Positions 47,701 to 59,186 of a DNA stretch of 64,000 nucleotides are shown here, one piece after another. The notes below the pieces were generated by a model. That model was not told the origin of the DNA. It did no database searches and saw only the letters and a program-made list of their open reading frames with translations. A program made the translations under genes and the position numbers. Numbering within the stretch: the first letter of the stretch is position 1; each line of letters opens with the position of its first letter. This DNA comes from Amphiscolops sp. MND2022 (Eukaryota): assembly GCA_964187785.1 (NCBI GenBank), contig OZ076417.1:10540001-10604000 (forward strand), in the 5' to 3' direction.

Positions 47701-50700
47701 ATGCGCGAGCTATGAAAATCCTCGAAGAGACGACATTCAACGATGGCTGCCGGTACCAAGTTTGAATGTTGTGGGCCGATGGAGAAAGTACGTTGCCGAA
47801 CAACTACTTCTCAGCTCTTGTACAGCTTAAGTCGTTAGAACGCCGCTCTGGAAAAGATCCTCAACTGAAAGAGAATTACAGCAAGACAATCAGAGAGGAC
47901 TTCGGAAGAGGGTACATCGTTCGAGTCGATAAGTCCCAATGTTTCCGTACCGATTACCGTCGTGAGTGGTACTTGCCACATCACCCCGTAGTACACCCGC
48001 ACAAACCAGGCAAAGTGAGAAGAGTTCTCAATGGTGCTGCAAAGTTCCATGGACACTCTTTGAACAACGCCCTTCTAACCGGTCCGGACCTACTGCGAAG
48101 TTTGATCCATATGCTCTCCAGATTCCGTCAATTCCCCAAGGCCGTGTCCGCCGACATTAAAGGCATGATCTTACAAGTGGGAGTCATACGGAAAGACCAA
48201 CCGTCCATTCGTTTTTTTTGTGGCGGGAGGATCCATCAACTGAAGTTGCTGTTTTTCAGTACGTAAGACACATCTTTGGGTCGAAGGACTCTCCGACTTG
48301 CGCAAATTACGCTCTGAAGAGGACCGCAACTGACAATGCCGACAAACTTCCGAAAGCCACTCAAAGCGTGCAGACGAATTTCTACATGGACGACTACCTC
48401 GAGTCTAGTCCCACTGCCAACGAAGCTACTCAGAAAGCTAAAAACTTAATGAAATTCCTTTCGCTGGGTGGATTCAACTCAACGAAGTTCGTGGTTAACT
48501 ACCCTAACATCCTGCAACAAATCAAACCGAATTCTGAGTCCCAACCCAACGTTGGTAAACAGTTACCGACAACTGAGGAATCATCGCACGTACTTGGCCT
48601 CAAATAGAGCCACGTCTCGGATACACTTATTGTTAGCCGAGGCACCACTCCTGACACAAACCGAACTGCTACTCAACGAGTTGTTCTCAGCCTCGTCTCC
48701 GCCGTGTACGACCCTATTGGGCTCGTAGCCCCGTACACCGTGGAAGCCCGACTTCTGCTGAAAGAAATATGGAGACTGAGCGGCAAGAAATGGGATGACC
48801 TTCTTCCAGAGGGAATTGTAACCAAGTTTCTGGACTGGAGTTCTGAATTGGGAACTCTTAGTGAACTCGTGATTCCAAGAAGTTACTTCCAACAAAATGT
48901 CGAGTGTTTGGAGTTACATATGTTTGGTGACAGTTCGCAAGATACTTTTAGAGGGAAAGTCAAAACTGGAAATGGTTGTTCCACCGAAATAGCCTTTGTG
49001 TTTGGCAAACCACGAGTTGCGCCAATGAAAGCGTTGACCATTCCTAAACTCGAACTGCAGGCCGCGTTACTCGCTGCAAGATTGAGAACCGTAGTGCAAC
49101 GCGCGGTCAATTTGCTGATTGATAGAACGTATATGTGGACTGACAGTACTACGGTTCTTCAGTGGCTACATTCTCTGGAGAAACAGCCGGTGTTCGTTGC
49201 AAATCGTGTCGTAGAGATACTCGAGCTTACGACTGCAGATGAGTAGTACCATGTTCAATCCGCCGACAACCCTGCTGATGCTGGAACTAGAGGTTTATCA
49301 GCCAAAGCTCTTCTGCAAAGTAGTTGGTTAATTGGCCCCGAATTCCTGAAAACAGATGAATGGCCCTTCAAGCCTTCCAAAGACATCCGACAAAAACTGA
49401 AGCAAATAAAACCGGATCTGACTGATGAACTAGTTGCGGAATCGTCGTCAATGCTGAGCGAAAACCATGTTGCAATTGCAAAAGTTTTCGGGTGGCAGAA
49501 GTATTGCTCATACGAGAAACTCCTGCGCATTGCAGCATATGGTTTGCGGCTCTTACCAAAGAACAGCGAATACAGAACCATCGCAGGTGCCATTACGGAT
49601 CCGGCCGAACTTGAAAATGCTGAACAACGTCTTTTCTACCTGACTCAGGCAGAATCATTCCAAGTTGAAAAAAGTAATTTGCTGAAGTCAACCCCACTCA
49701 GTAAAACTTCCGAACTTGCCCAATTTTCTCTTTTTAGGACCCAACGGGCTCTTCAGAGCCTCTGGTCGAACAAGAGACCTCGACGTTGCAACCTTCGATG
49801 TGAAACACCCCATTCTGTTGGACGCCCGACATCCCTTGGTTCGACTCTTGCTGGAACACACGCACGTTCAACATTGTCATCAAGGTGTTGATTACCTCCC
49901 TCTTTGATACAGCAACGTCTTGCGGTGGTAAAACTGCGAGCAACTTTGATAACAATAATTTCGAGGTGCGTTACATGCCGCAAGCGAAGGGCTGAAGCTA
50001 TTCCTCCAGTGAGCGCGGGCCTCCCGCGAGAAAGACTCGCTTTCAAAGAATCACCTTTCTCGAAGACTGGTATAGACTACTTCGGTCCCTTCTTTGTAAC
50101 CGTGAGGTGGTACACTGGAAAACGTTGGGGCTTCCTTTTCACATGTCTCATGACTCGCGCTGTTCACTTTGAAGTAGTTCCTAGCATGGACACCAGTAGC
50201 GGTGTGATAGGAATAGAAAGAGTTTGCGCCCGTCGTGGAATCCCATCAGTAATGTGGTCCGACAATGTGACAAATTTCGTTGCTAGCGAAAAAGAACTTT
50301 TGTCAAACATCAACAATTGGAACCAACACACTGCCAGAGATTCACTCGTTAAGAAAGGCATTAAGTGGAAGTTCAACCCACCAAGTGCCCCCTGTCAAGG
50401 ATGTGTTTGGGAACGTATAGTCCGTAGCTTCAAACACGTTTTCTACGCTGTTTTAGGAAACCGCCGTTTGACAGACGAAATCTTGACGACAACGTTCTGC
50501 TTGGTGGAACAATGTCTCAATGCTCGTCCAATCACTCCCGTTAGTTCTGAAGCTACCGATCTCGACCGTCTTACACCAAACCACTTTCTCCTGGGAACTG
50601 CAAGTTCAATATTACCATCGCACTTCTGCCCTGTTCGAGCCCAAGCTTATTCAGCGCAATTTGGAATCGTTGGCTCAAGGAGTACGTTCCGAACCTCAAA

Positions 50701-50925
50701 CGTTGCTCGAAATAATTGAAGTCGTCAGATCGAAACCCGAAAATTGGAGATTTCGTCTGGTTAGTCGAACCTACTGCACCAAGAGGACACTACCCACTTG
50801 GTCGCTTAGTGAAACTAAATTACGACACAGATGCCATCGCCCGTTCAGCTGAAGTGAAGACCTCGACCGGAAACTTTGTTCACCCAGTTGTCAAGCTCGC
50901 TCCCGTTCTCCCCATCCCCGAATAA
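44739..50925 (+). pseudogene. Bel/Pao gag-pol of the outer element, heavily fragmented
   Basis: Same motif series as the inner element (LPEWK, VLNGAAKF, YMDDYL, PKLELQAA, DYFGP, KLAPVLPIPE). Confidence 0.93.
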
Positions 50926-52910
50926 ACAATAAACTATCGTATTTTGCTTTTTGATTCTTTTCACCATACTTCATTATATTTCATGTAACTTGCATGAAAA
51001 TTAAAGCTGAGAAAAAAGTTTTTTTTAATTGATTGAATCGTTTCTCCACATCTTCTTGGGTCTGGAGAATGTTGACAAGCAATAAGATTCAACTCAAAGA
51101 TAAATCAATTTCTCGATGACCGCAAAAATTAGAGAATATTCAAGAAAATATTCGAAAATTCGAATACAAAAAGGCCTTGCTACGAAGTATTGTTTGCAAC
51201 TATTTACCACGGTATAAAAGGGATTAAGTGGAAGTTCAACCCACCAAGTGTCCCCTGTCACGGAGGTGTATTGGAACGCCTAGTTCATAGCTTCAAGTAC
51301 GTTTTCTATACCATTTTAGGAAACCGCCGTTTGACAGACGAAATCTTGACGACAACGTTCTGCTTGGTGGAACAATGTCTCAATGCTCGCCCAATCACTC
51401 CCGTTAGTTCTGAAGCTACCGACCCCAACGCCCTTACACCAAATCACTTTCTACTGGGAACCGCTAGTTCAACCTTGCCATCACACCTCCGCCCCGAAAT
51501 AGACCATCGAAAGCGATACGTTCGAGCCCAAGCTTATTCCGCGCAATTTGGAATCGTTGGCTCAAGGAGTACGTTCCGAACCTCAACCGTTGCTCGAAAT
51601 GGTTAAAGTCGTCAGATCGAAACTCGAAAACTGGAGATTTCGTCTGGTTAGTCGAACCTACTGCACCAAGAGGACACTACCCACTTGGTCGCTTAGTGAA
51701 ACTAAATTACGACACAGATGCCATCGCCCGTTCAGCTGAAGTGAAGACCTCGACCGGAAACTTTGTTCACCCAGTTGTGAAGCTCACTCCCGTACTCTCC
51801 ATCCCCGAATAAACAATAAACTATCGTATTTTGCTTTTTGATTCTTTTCACCATACTTTATTATATTTCATGTAACTTGCATGAAAATTAAAGCTGAGAA
51901 AAAAGTTTTTTTAATTGATTGAATCGTTTCTCCACATCTTCTTGGGTCTGGAGAATGTTGACAAGCAATAAGATTCAACTCAAAGATAAATCAATTTCTC
52001 GATGACCGCAAAAATTAGAAAATATTCAAGAAAATATTCGAAAATTCGAATACAAAAAGGCCTTGCTACGAAGTATTGTTTGCAACTATTTACCACGGTA
52101 TAAAAGGGATTAAGTGGGCCCATATGGGCTCAAAGAAACTGAAAAACCTAAATGGCGAGAGTTTTGTTGAACTTTTGAAAATGGCCAAGTCGAACGCATT
52201 TTTGTGATCGAAAATTTCGATTCTCATCGATGAACCATTGATGGCCATCTATGGGCCCCATGGGACTGCGATGGTCATCGATGAACTGCGATGAGCTCCA
52301 AAAATAGCAATTCGATTGGGTGCTTTGGAAAGAAGGAAAAAACTCACTGTCACGATTTTTATCAACAAGCCATAGTTTCCCCTAAAGAACGACAAAGTGT
52401 ATTAAAGTGTTCTAATTTGAAACTGTCAATATCTGTGAATTGGTGTCCTAACGAAAAGAAAACAACTCCTAGGAAACACATAATAGCGAGAAAAAACAGA
52501 ACAATTTGCGATTTGCGAATAGTATAACTGAAATGTTTTCGAATAGTTGGAAACTTTCTTCAAAACAAACATGTCTTCAGGACCACTGTCCCTAGAAACT
52601 CAGCACTCTTTACCAACATCATAAGTTGCTTTGGGCATTTTTGAGCACCTTCCACTGTAAGGATCAAATCGCGAAATTTTTTCCGAGAGTCTTTTCTTGT
52701 CGGAGGTTGACCTTCCATGGTCTAAAAAGTATTTAAAAATTTTTGGCTAAGATTTTACTACGGTGAGCATCTTGCCAAGAAAAGATACTATCAAGACTAT
52801 TTCTTAAAAAAAGTCAAAATGACAAGGAAAAGTTCGCCTTGAGGTGTATGCTGGCAAGTAAAAACCGTCTTCATAAAAATCAATAGATAATTTAATCGAA
52901 TAGTATTTTT

Positions 52911-53467
52911 AGTCGGCGCTTCATGAAGTGAAACGCGACTATTATAGTGACTCTTTTTTTTTCTATCCACACGAACTGACCAAAATAGTTCTACAAAAGT
53001 TCTACAAAATATTATTGCATCAAAATGCACTATTTGGTCTAGCGAACTGAACCAAAAAGGTTTTTCCTGTTTTACCGCGTAACATGCCATACCGGGCGAG
53101 ACCAAAGACTCCCCCCTTTCATTTTTTTTCGGCACTGCGAGACTTTTTTTTCGAAAAAAAATTTTTCCCCAAAGCGTCCCCCATGCATTTTTTTGATGTT
53201 TTGCGACAGAATGGATGTTGAAAAATCCCAAAGGGTCCCCCCTTTCAGTTTTTCGGCATTGTGAGACTTTAGCGCGCCAGGGGCTCGCGCTAGCGAGCCC
53301 CGGCGCGCCACTCGGTCCATTTTTTTGAGTATGTAATTTTTTCCAAAAGTTTTTTTTCAAAAAATTTCGATTATCGAGTACTGTAAAAGAGTACTTGACA
53401 CTTGGAAGTCTTTTTGCTATTTTTGAGCCTTGGATATGGCGCCGACTTGGGCCGGTCCCGGCTTGTT
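52911..53467 (+). mobile_element. Helentron/DINE-like non-autonomous repeat
   Basis: Subterminal IR AGTCGGCGC/GCGCCGACT, 3-prime hairpin GCCG-GTCC-CGGC, then TTGTT. A second copy lies at about 58610-59186. Confidence 0.55.
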
Positions 53468-55584
53468 TAAGCTTCACCAATATGACCATGATAAGTTCTA
53501 GTGAAGGCAGCGTCAAGGAGTTTAAAAAGGGAGTTTGGTATATGAACGGTTGTTGTTCTTTCGGAAGTTCCTCCCAAAACAAGGACTTTCGTCAAAAAAT
53601 TGTGTTAGATTTGAGTTGTTGTCAATATAAATACAAGTGATGAAATTTTTGCTTTGATAATGAAGTTAGGATTGTGGGGTCTTTTAGTGGTTCGGGTACA
53701 TTTGAAAACAGTTGAAAGAACAAAGTCAAATTTCTGACAACCGAAAAACTGTAAAAAAAATGTTAGACATGTGTCAGATTGATTGACATAGTTTGAATAA
53801 AGACGGATCAAAAAATGGAGTTTGAGAGATTGCGTTATTGATAGACAAAGTTAGATTCATACTCGTCGGCTGCCTGTTTGTCATCAACTTTTTTTATGAT
53901 TGAAAATTTCTTCTAAATAAAGACCACTTTTTTTCGTCAACAGAGTAATTGATTATTTAGCTCAACCTTCATGGCGGATAAATATTGCGGGAGCGAATAA
54001 AATCATTCCCCAGACAGCGGCAGGCACCAAAAATGTGATTTTGCCCAATTCTCACAGTGCCGCAAATGTCGCCCATTGCCGAGAAACCCAATTCACAACC
54101 CTATTACATTGCTGAAGCCATTCTCCATCTTTGACATTGACATCAAGTTAACGCGATACCCATATACATTGAGACGAGTCCTCAGACAATCCGAATCGAG
54201 CGCGACTCCAACCGAAACACGACTCGAGTTGTCAGCCGATCAGAACCGAGCACGGTACGGACAAAAGCGAGCCGAACCGAGTCGTGTCTAGTTGAGGACG
54301 CTTCTAGGCTCTGGGCTCAAGTTGGTTCGCTGTAGCTTCTGTTAAAACGTGTGTTTCTTCCAGAAGCCGCTGTTGGACGCCTGTGTGCCGTACCATGAAG
54401 TCGCAGGAGCAGCATCCACTTGCCTTTTCCTCCCATTGTTCTGTTCTAAAAACTTCTCCATCCAAATTTTTAAGGTTGCCATTTCGTCTGGAGCCGATCA
54501 AACGGTTCTTCATTCTCCCGTCGACTCTCATTATTTGGAAATCGTTTTCTACCTTGTGTGCGGCTAATCGGCTTTCGTAGATGTGAAAGCTATGAATGAG
54601 ATTCCTTTTGTGAGTAAAACAGCATTGGTGATGTGAAATCGAATGAAGTGTAGTGAAAGGGGTCACGAGATGAAGGGGAAGGGATGTTCATCGTTTTATC
54701 ATTATTACTGCATATTGTTGAAATCGATGAAGAGGGGATGAATTAATTTCATCGTTCTTTCATCGTCGAGAACAAAATGATATTTTTTAACTGAGGAGAT
54801 GTGAAAACGATGAAATGTAACTTTAGTTTACAGCAGTTGTTTTTTATCGACGATGCGGGAAGTTCATCATTTCCACATCGTGATATGAATTCTTCGTCAA
54901 CTGCATCGCTCATGCAATGGGATAGTGATGAAGATGAAAATTAGGCCACGGCAGTTCGTTGCAAGGCTCAACTGGCTGTGGTTTCACGTTTTTATCATCG
55001 ATTTGCATAATTTCAGTGTAATTTGTTTCTTTTTCGTCTTTTTCGTACTTATTTTCTTCTTGATTTTTGACCCATAATTCAAACATAAATGCGCAGTATT
55101 GATTCAGGATGCTCATAACACATAATACATATCTCAGATTCATGGTAGGGGATTAGGATAGTAGCGTAGAGTTGCGCACAATCACGAATCTCATTAGATG
55201 ACTTCATATTGCCCATAAATAAGTACATAAGCATATAATGTACATTATATATAATAGTAGCTCTATATTTCGATCTTGCTGGCATGACAACCACCCCCCT
55301 GCCCGCCTGATGTGCTCCTACCCTTACTATTTACGTAATATCGTTCTGCTTTTTCTGTTGAAAATGAACAAAGAAAAAACGAGATTGATTAAACTTGGTC
55401 TTCCAAAGTCATTTGATAGGAGCTAAAGAAAAACTGATACATGAAAATACACTACAATCCTTTTATGGCGAAACGTATTTGGCATGAAAAAATGTCGACT
55501 CAATTTTTACTACTATCGAATCACAATGGTCTAAATCCCGTGCCTAGCCTCAATAACCCCTATATTAATTAGCTGTAGACGTTA

Positions 55585-56133
55585 CCCTAGTCGAGATTGC
55601 TTGAACTTTTTACATGCTGCATGGAAACATGCAGGCTAATTTTTTATAAAACATGGAAAATTCCGGGACCGTGCATGGAAACATTTTGTAGGATTACAAT
55701 GCAGCCTTCACTATTTGAATTAAAACTGAAAACAATTCCACTTCTTCGCCGCAGCGATCACTTTGTTTTCACGCGTAAGTTTCTCATGTAAGTACCTTAT
55801 GTAATCACCGTTAGCCAAATAGCACGCTGAATATGACGCTACTTTGAAACTTATAATGTGACTGAAATTTGTTTGCATTGAAAGCGCGGTAAAATTGATT
55901 AAGGTCTCAGCTGCTTTCAAAATTAGAACGGCGTCTTTATGAAACCTGCAAAACGTCGCGGCACAGAATTGCCGCCAAATTTAAGATGCATTTTATAGGC
56001 AGCTTGATAAAATTAAATCGAATCAGTGAAGATTTAATGCATGGACATTTCTTTGAAAATTTTATAAAATCATGGAAAAATTGCTTGGTAGCCTACAAAA
56101 AAATGTAAAAAGTTCAAGCAGTTCCAACCAGGG
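55585..56133. mobile_element. MITE with about 33-bp imperfect TIRs and TA TSD
   Basis: TA-CCCTAGTCGAGATTGCTTGAACTTTTTACAT versus ATGTAAAAAGTTCAAGCAGTTCCAACCAGGG-TA. Confidence 0.8.
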
Positions 56134-56777
56134 TACATAGAAGAAACATTTGTAGAAGAATGTAAAAAGTTAGCTGGCGATTTTTTTTGTCAGGAAATTT
56201 GAAAAACATTTGATGCTGTGTTTTCTATCATTTCTTGGAGTTTCTTGGATCGGAAGAAATCGAAGTCATGACATTTTCAGAGTTTCGAAGATGAAACTCC
56301 GAAAGTCTGTTACGATGCCATGACTAATTTCTTTTAATATGGATCTATTTCAACATAAATTTTGAATAATAAATTTATTTGGTCATTTTTCACCTTACAT
56401 ACAAAAGGAACTATCTTTTCTTGAATTTGGTCTCAATATGTTTTCAGGAGGAAAAGATTCGAAACATATGTTGAATTGTTTAGGTGAATTTAGTATTTTC
56501 CTGATAAGGCTTTGAAATTTCGAGGTATTCAAGGCCTTTTGCATATGTTTAGAACAATGATTTGTCTTAAATTATACCTTTTTGTTTAGGTCTGAAGACA
56601 ATTCTGTTGGAGATCTGCTAGAAAATGATATCAAAAACCTAATAATTTTCCCGCGGTTTCATGTCTGAGTGGTGAAATTGAAAGCAATGAAATATTGTGA
56701 GAAGCTACTTCCATTTTTAGTGAGGTCACAGTCCAAAGACAAGAAGCTGCTCAAGAAACAAACTCGGTCGTACTAAC

Positions 56778-56994
56778 TTGCCATCGAGTACAGCAGCAGC
56801 AGCACACCAATCCCCCTTTGATATCATTGGTGTGACAGTTTCCCATCCTCCCGTCCGCCTTCCCTGCCCATCGACTTTGAGACTCTCGACTGAATTCAAC
56901 GAAATACCATTACTGACGCCACCGACGACAATAATTTGGCTGTTGTACACATCAAAACTGGCTGCTGCTTTACTTCTGAAATCAAAGCATGTAC
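56778..56994 (-). CDS. Kelch-repeat exon of a host gene (upstream exon)
   Basis: RSKAAASFDVYNSQIIVVGG...SLNSVESL...WETVTPM...CAAAAVLDG. Acceptor CTGTAG, donor GTTAGT. Confidence 0.85.
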
Positions 56995-58609
56995 CTACAG
57001 TTTAAATTCAACCCACGAGTCATAAAAAAACTGATGACTTGGAATTAATTGGAGCTCAACGTGGGACGACGACACTGCTGAAATTCATTTGCTCAACTCC
57101 TTCGTGTGTTTGATTATAATAACATTTCAACAAACTTTAAAAACGCGCATCTGAGTTCATTCTTTTTAAAAAGCTCAAAACCAGTGATATGGAAAAGAGT
57201 AAGGATGAAGGTCAACATGAATACTCCACTTTCAGTTCAAACTAAATTTAACACTAAAAAAGAAAAGCGAAAAGAACGTACATTGAAACTGGTTTCGAAA
57301 CGAGGAAGTAATTCTCTGAACAGGAATATGTAGGTCAATGAATCACCCGATTGCGAAGCTAAAATAAAAACAGTTCCTACCACTAAATTGCAAAACCGCA
57401 TGAGACGGATTAAACGCTTCGTGGTGTTAATTCAGAAGCTCGTCTTGTATCGATCATTGCACCATATCTTAGCTGTATCAGAAAGTTTAGGTTCCTAATG
57501 TCGTGTTCAAAAAATTCAATCTGGAAAGGAGTTCGAATCTAAAAAACTAAGTTCAACTCTGAAGTCTAGCACCAACAGCATTTTAGATGATAAAATGCAA
57601 TTCCAGCATTGTGTAACAACAATAATTTGTTTGGAATGAGTTTATTTGGTACTGAGTTTTGTCGCTGATTTTACATAAACGACTCTGAAAATTCGGTTTG
57701 CAAGCGGTCTGAGTGTGAAATTCTCGGGTGCAAAGTTTTTCACTTATCGTTATACAGGTATCAAGTATATTATCTCTGTTAAGTTTTTTGTCTTTTTAAT
57801 TATTCGACAAGAGTCATAATTTCCCAATCAAATAATCAAATTGAAACTGCTTGACTTTTTGTGCATGTTCTTTAATGTTGCCAGCAGTTTTTATTAGGAG
57901 TCTCTAAAACTCTTGCGGAAACCTTCATGTGAAAATATTTCCATGTTGTAATTAAATTTTATCAAGCTGCTTGAAAAATTCATCAAAGTTTTGTCGGCAA
58001 ATTTAAGCCTTGAAGTGTTGCAGGTTTCATTAAGCTGCAGCTATCATTTTAAAAGCAAATTATTTGTTATCAGTTTTACCGCTAATTTAATGCAAAACAT
58101 CCTCAGCCAAGTAGTAAATTGCAAATTAGTGTCATCTTTAGCGTGCTATTTGAGAAGATCAAACCAGATGAGTAGTCGAGAAAACAAAGTGTAATTACAA
58201 AGTGATCGCGTTGGTAATGAAGTGGAATTTTTTTTCAAATTTAAGTGCAGTAGTGGAAAATTTAATGTTGTTGTAAATGATTTAGTTCATTGAATTTTCT
58301 AGTTTTTATAACAAAGTACCCCGCATACAGGCCTTGCAGCATGGAAAAAGTTCCTGCAGTTTCAACTAGGGACGAAATAACTTTCCTTTGTGTTGAATCG
58401 AGAATTTCTTATGGCATTGCTTTGTTTATCATGACCCCAAAACTTGAAAAAGACACTGTTACTACAAAATAATCTACAAAAACGCGTTTATAGTCGGCAC
58501 TTTTATTAACCAAAGAGCCCAACTATTACAGTCACTCGAAGACAGACTCGAAGCGACGAAGTTTTTGTTCAGTTTGTTCAACAAAACGATTACCTGAGAA
58601 ACACACCTA

Positions 58610-59186
58610 AGTTGTCGCAAAGGGTCCCTCTTTCATTTTTTAGTCGGCGCTTTTCGAAGAAAAACGCAGACTATAGTAGTGACTTCTTTTTTTTAAGACC
58701 AACGAACTGACAGATTTTATAAAGAGTTATAAATAGCTGAGCTGACTTCACTGCACTAACAGTAACTGCAACGCTAGCTATCACTGCTGGCACTTGGCAT
58801 AGAGGTTAATTAAGCTTTTTGAGGTCTGCCAAGCAGAAGGACGTGGGTTCGAGTCCCGTCCTTGATCAAATTTTTTTGTGCAGGTTTTTCGGCTTTGTGA
58901 GACTTTTTTCGCAAACTTTTTTAATGTCTCCAAAGGTTCCACCCTTCATTTTTTTCTATTTTGCATAAGAATGGATGTTCAAAACCTCCCAAAGGGCCCC
59001 TTTTACAATTTTTCGGCACTATGCGACTTACCGGAGACCAAAAAATTTCGAAAAAAATATTCAAAAAAATTGGGATTTTTTTAAATTTTTCCTCACGCGG
59101 GTACTGTAGAAGAGAATACTTGACACTTTGAAGTCCTTTTGCTATTTTTGAGATATGGCGCCGACTTGGGCCGTTCCCGGCTTGTT
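58610..59186 (+). mobile_element. Helentron/DINE-like non-autonomous repeat, second copy
   Basis: Same subterminal IR, hairpin GCCG-TTCC-CGGC and TTGTT end. Contains a tRNA-like segment. Confidence 0.55.
58795..58865 (+). repeat. tRNA-derived SINE-like head
   Basis: A-box-like TGGCATAGAGG and B box GGTTCGAGTCC. No full cloverleaf. Confidence 0.45.

Larger units (their letters stand above)
33188..52117 (+). mobile_element. Outer Bel/Pao LTR retrotransposon, interrupted by the inner element, with a duplicated 3-prime end
   Basis: LTR and PBS at 33188-33601. The leader is split at the GACAT TSD and resumes at 43023. Accessory ORF at 43577-44191, gag-pol at 44739-50925, PPT plus truncated LTR starts at 51070 and 51956. 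Confidence 0.75.

Noticed and set aside
52797-53582. 261-aa minus-strand ORF
   Set aside because: Runs antisense through a low-complexity dispersed repeat and has no recognisable motif.
54160-54300. Nested small inverted repeats (ACACGACTCG/CGAGTCGTGT, GTCCTCA/TGAGGAC)
   Set aside because: Short, single copy here and no TSD. Cannot be distinguished from an old MITE fragment.
57060-57540. Upstream BACK/Kelch exons
   Set aside because: Only vague similarity, with in-frame stops and weak donors.
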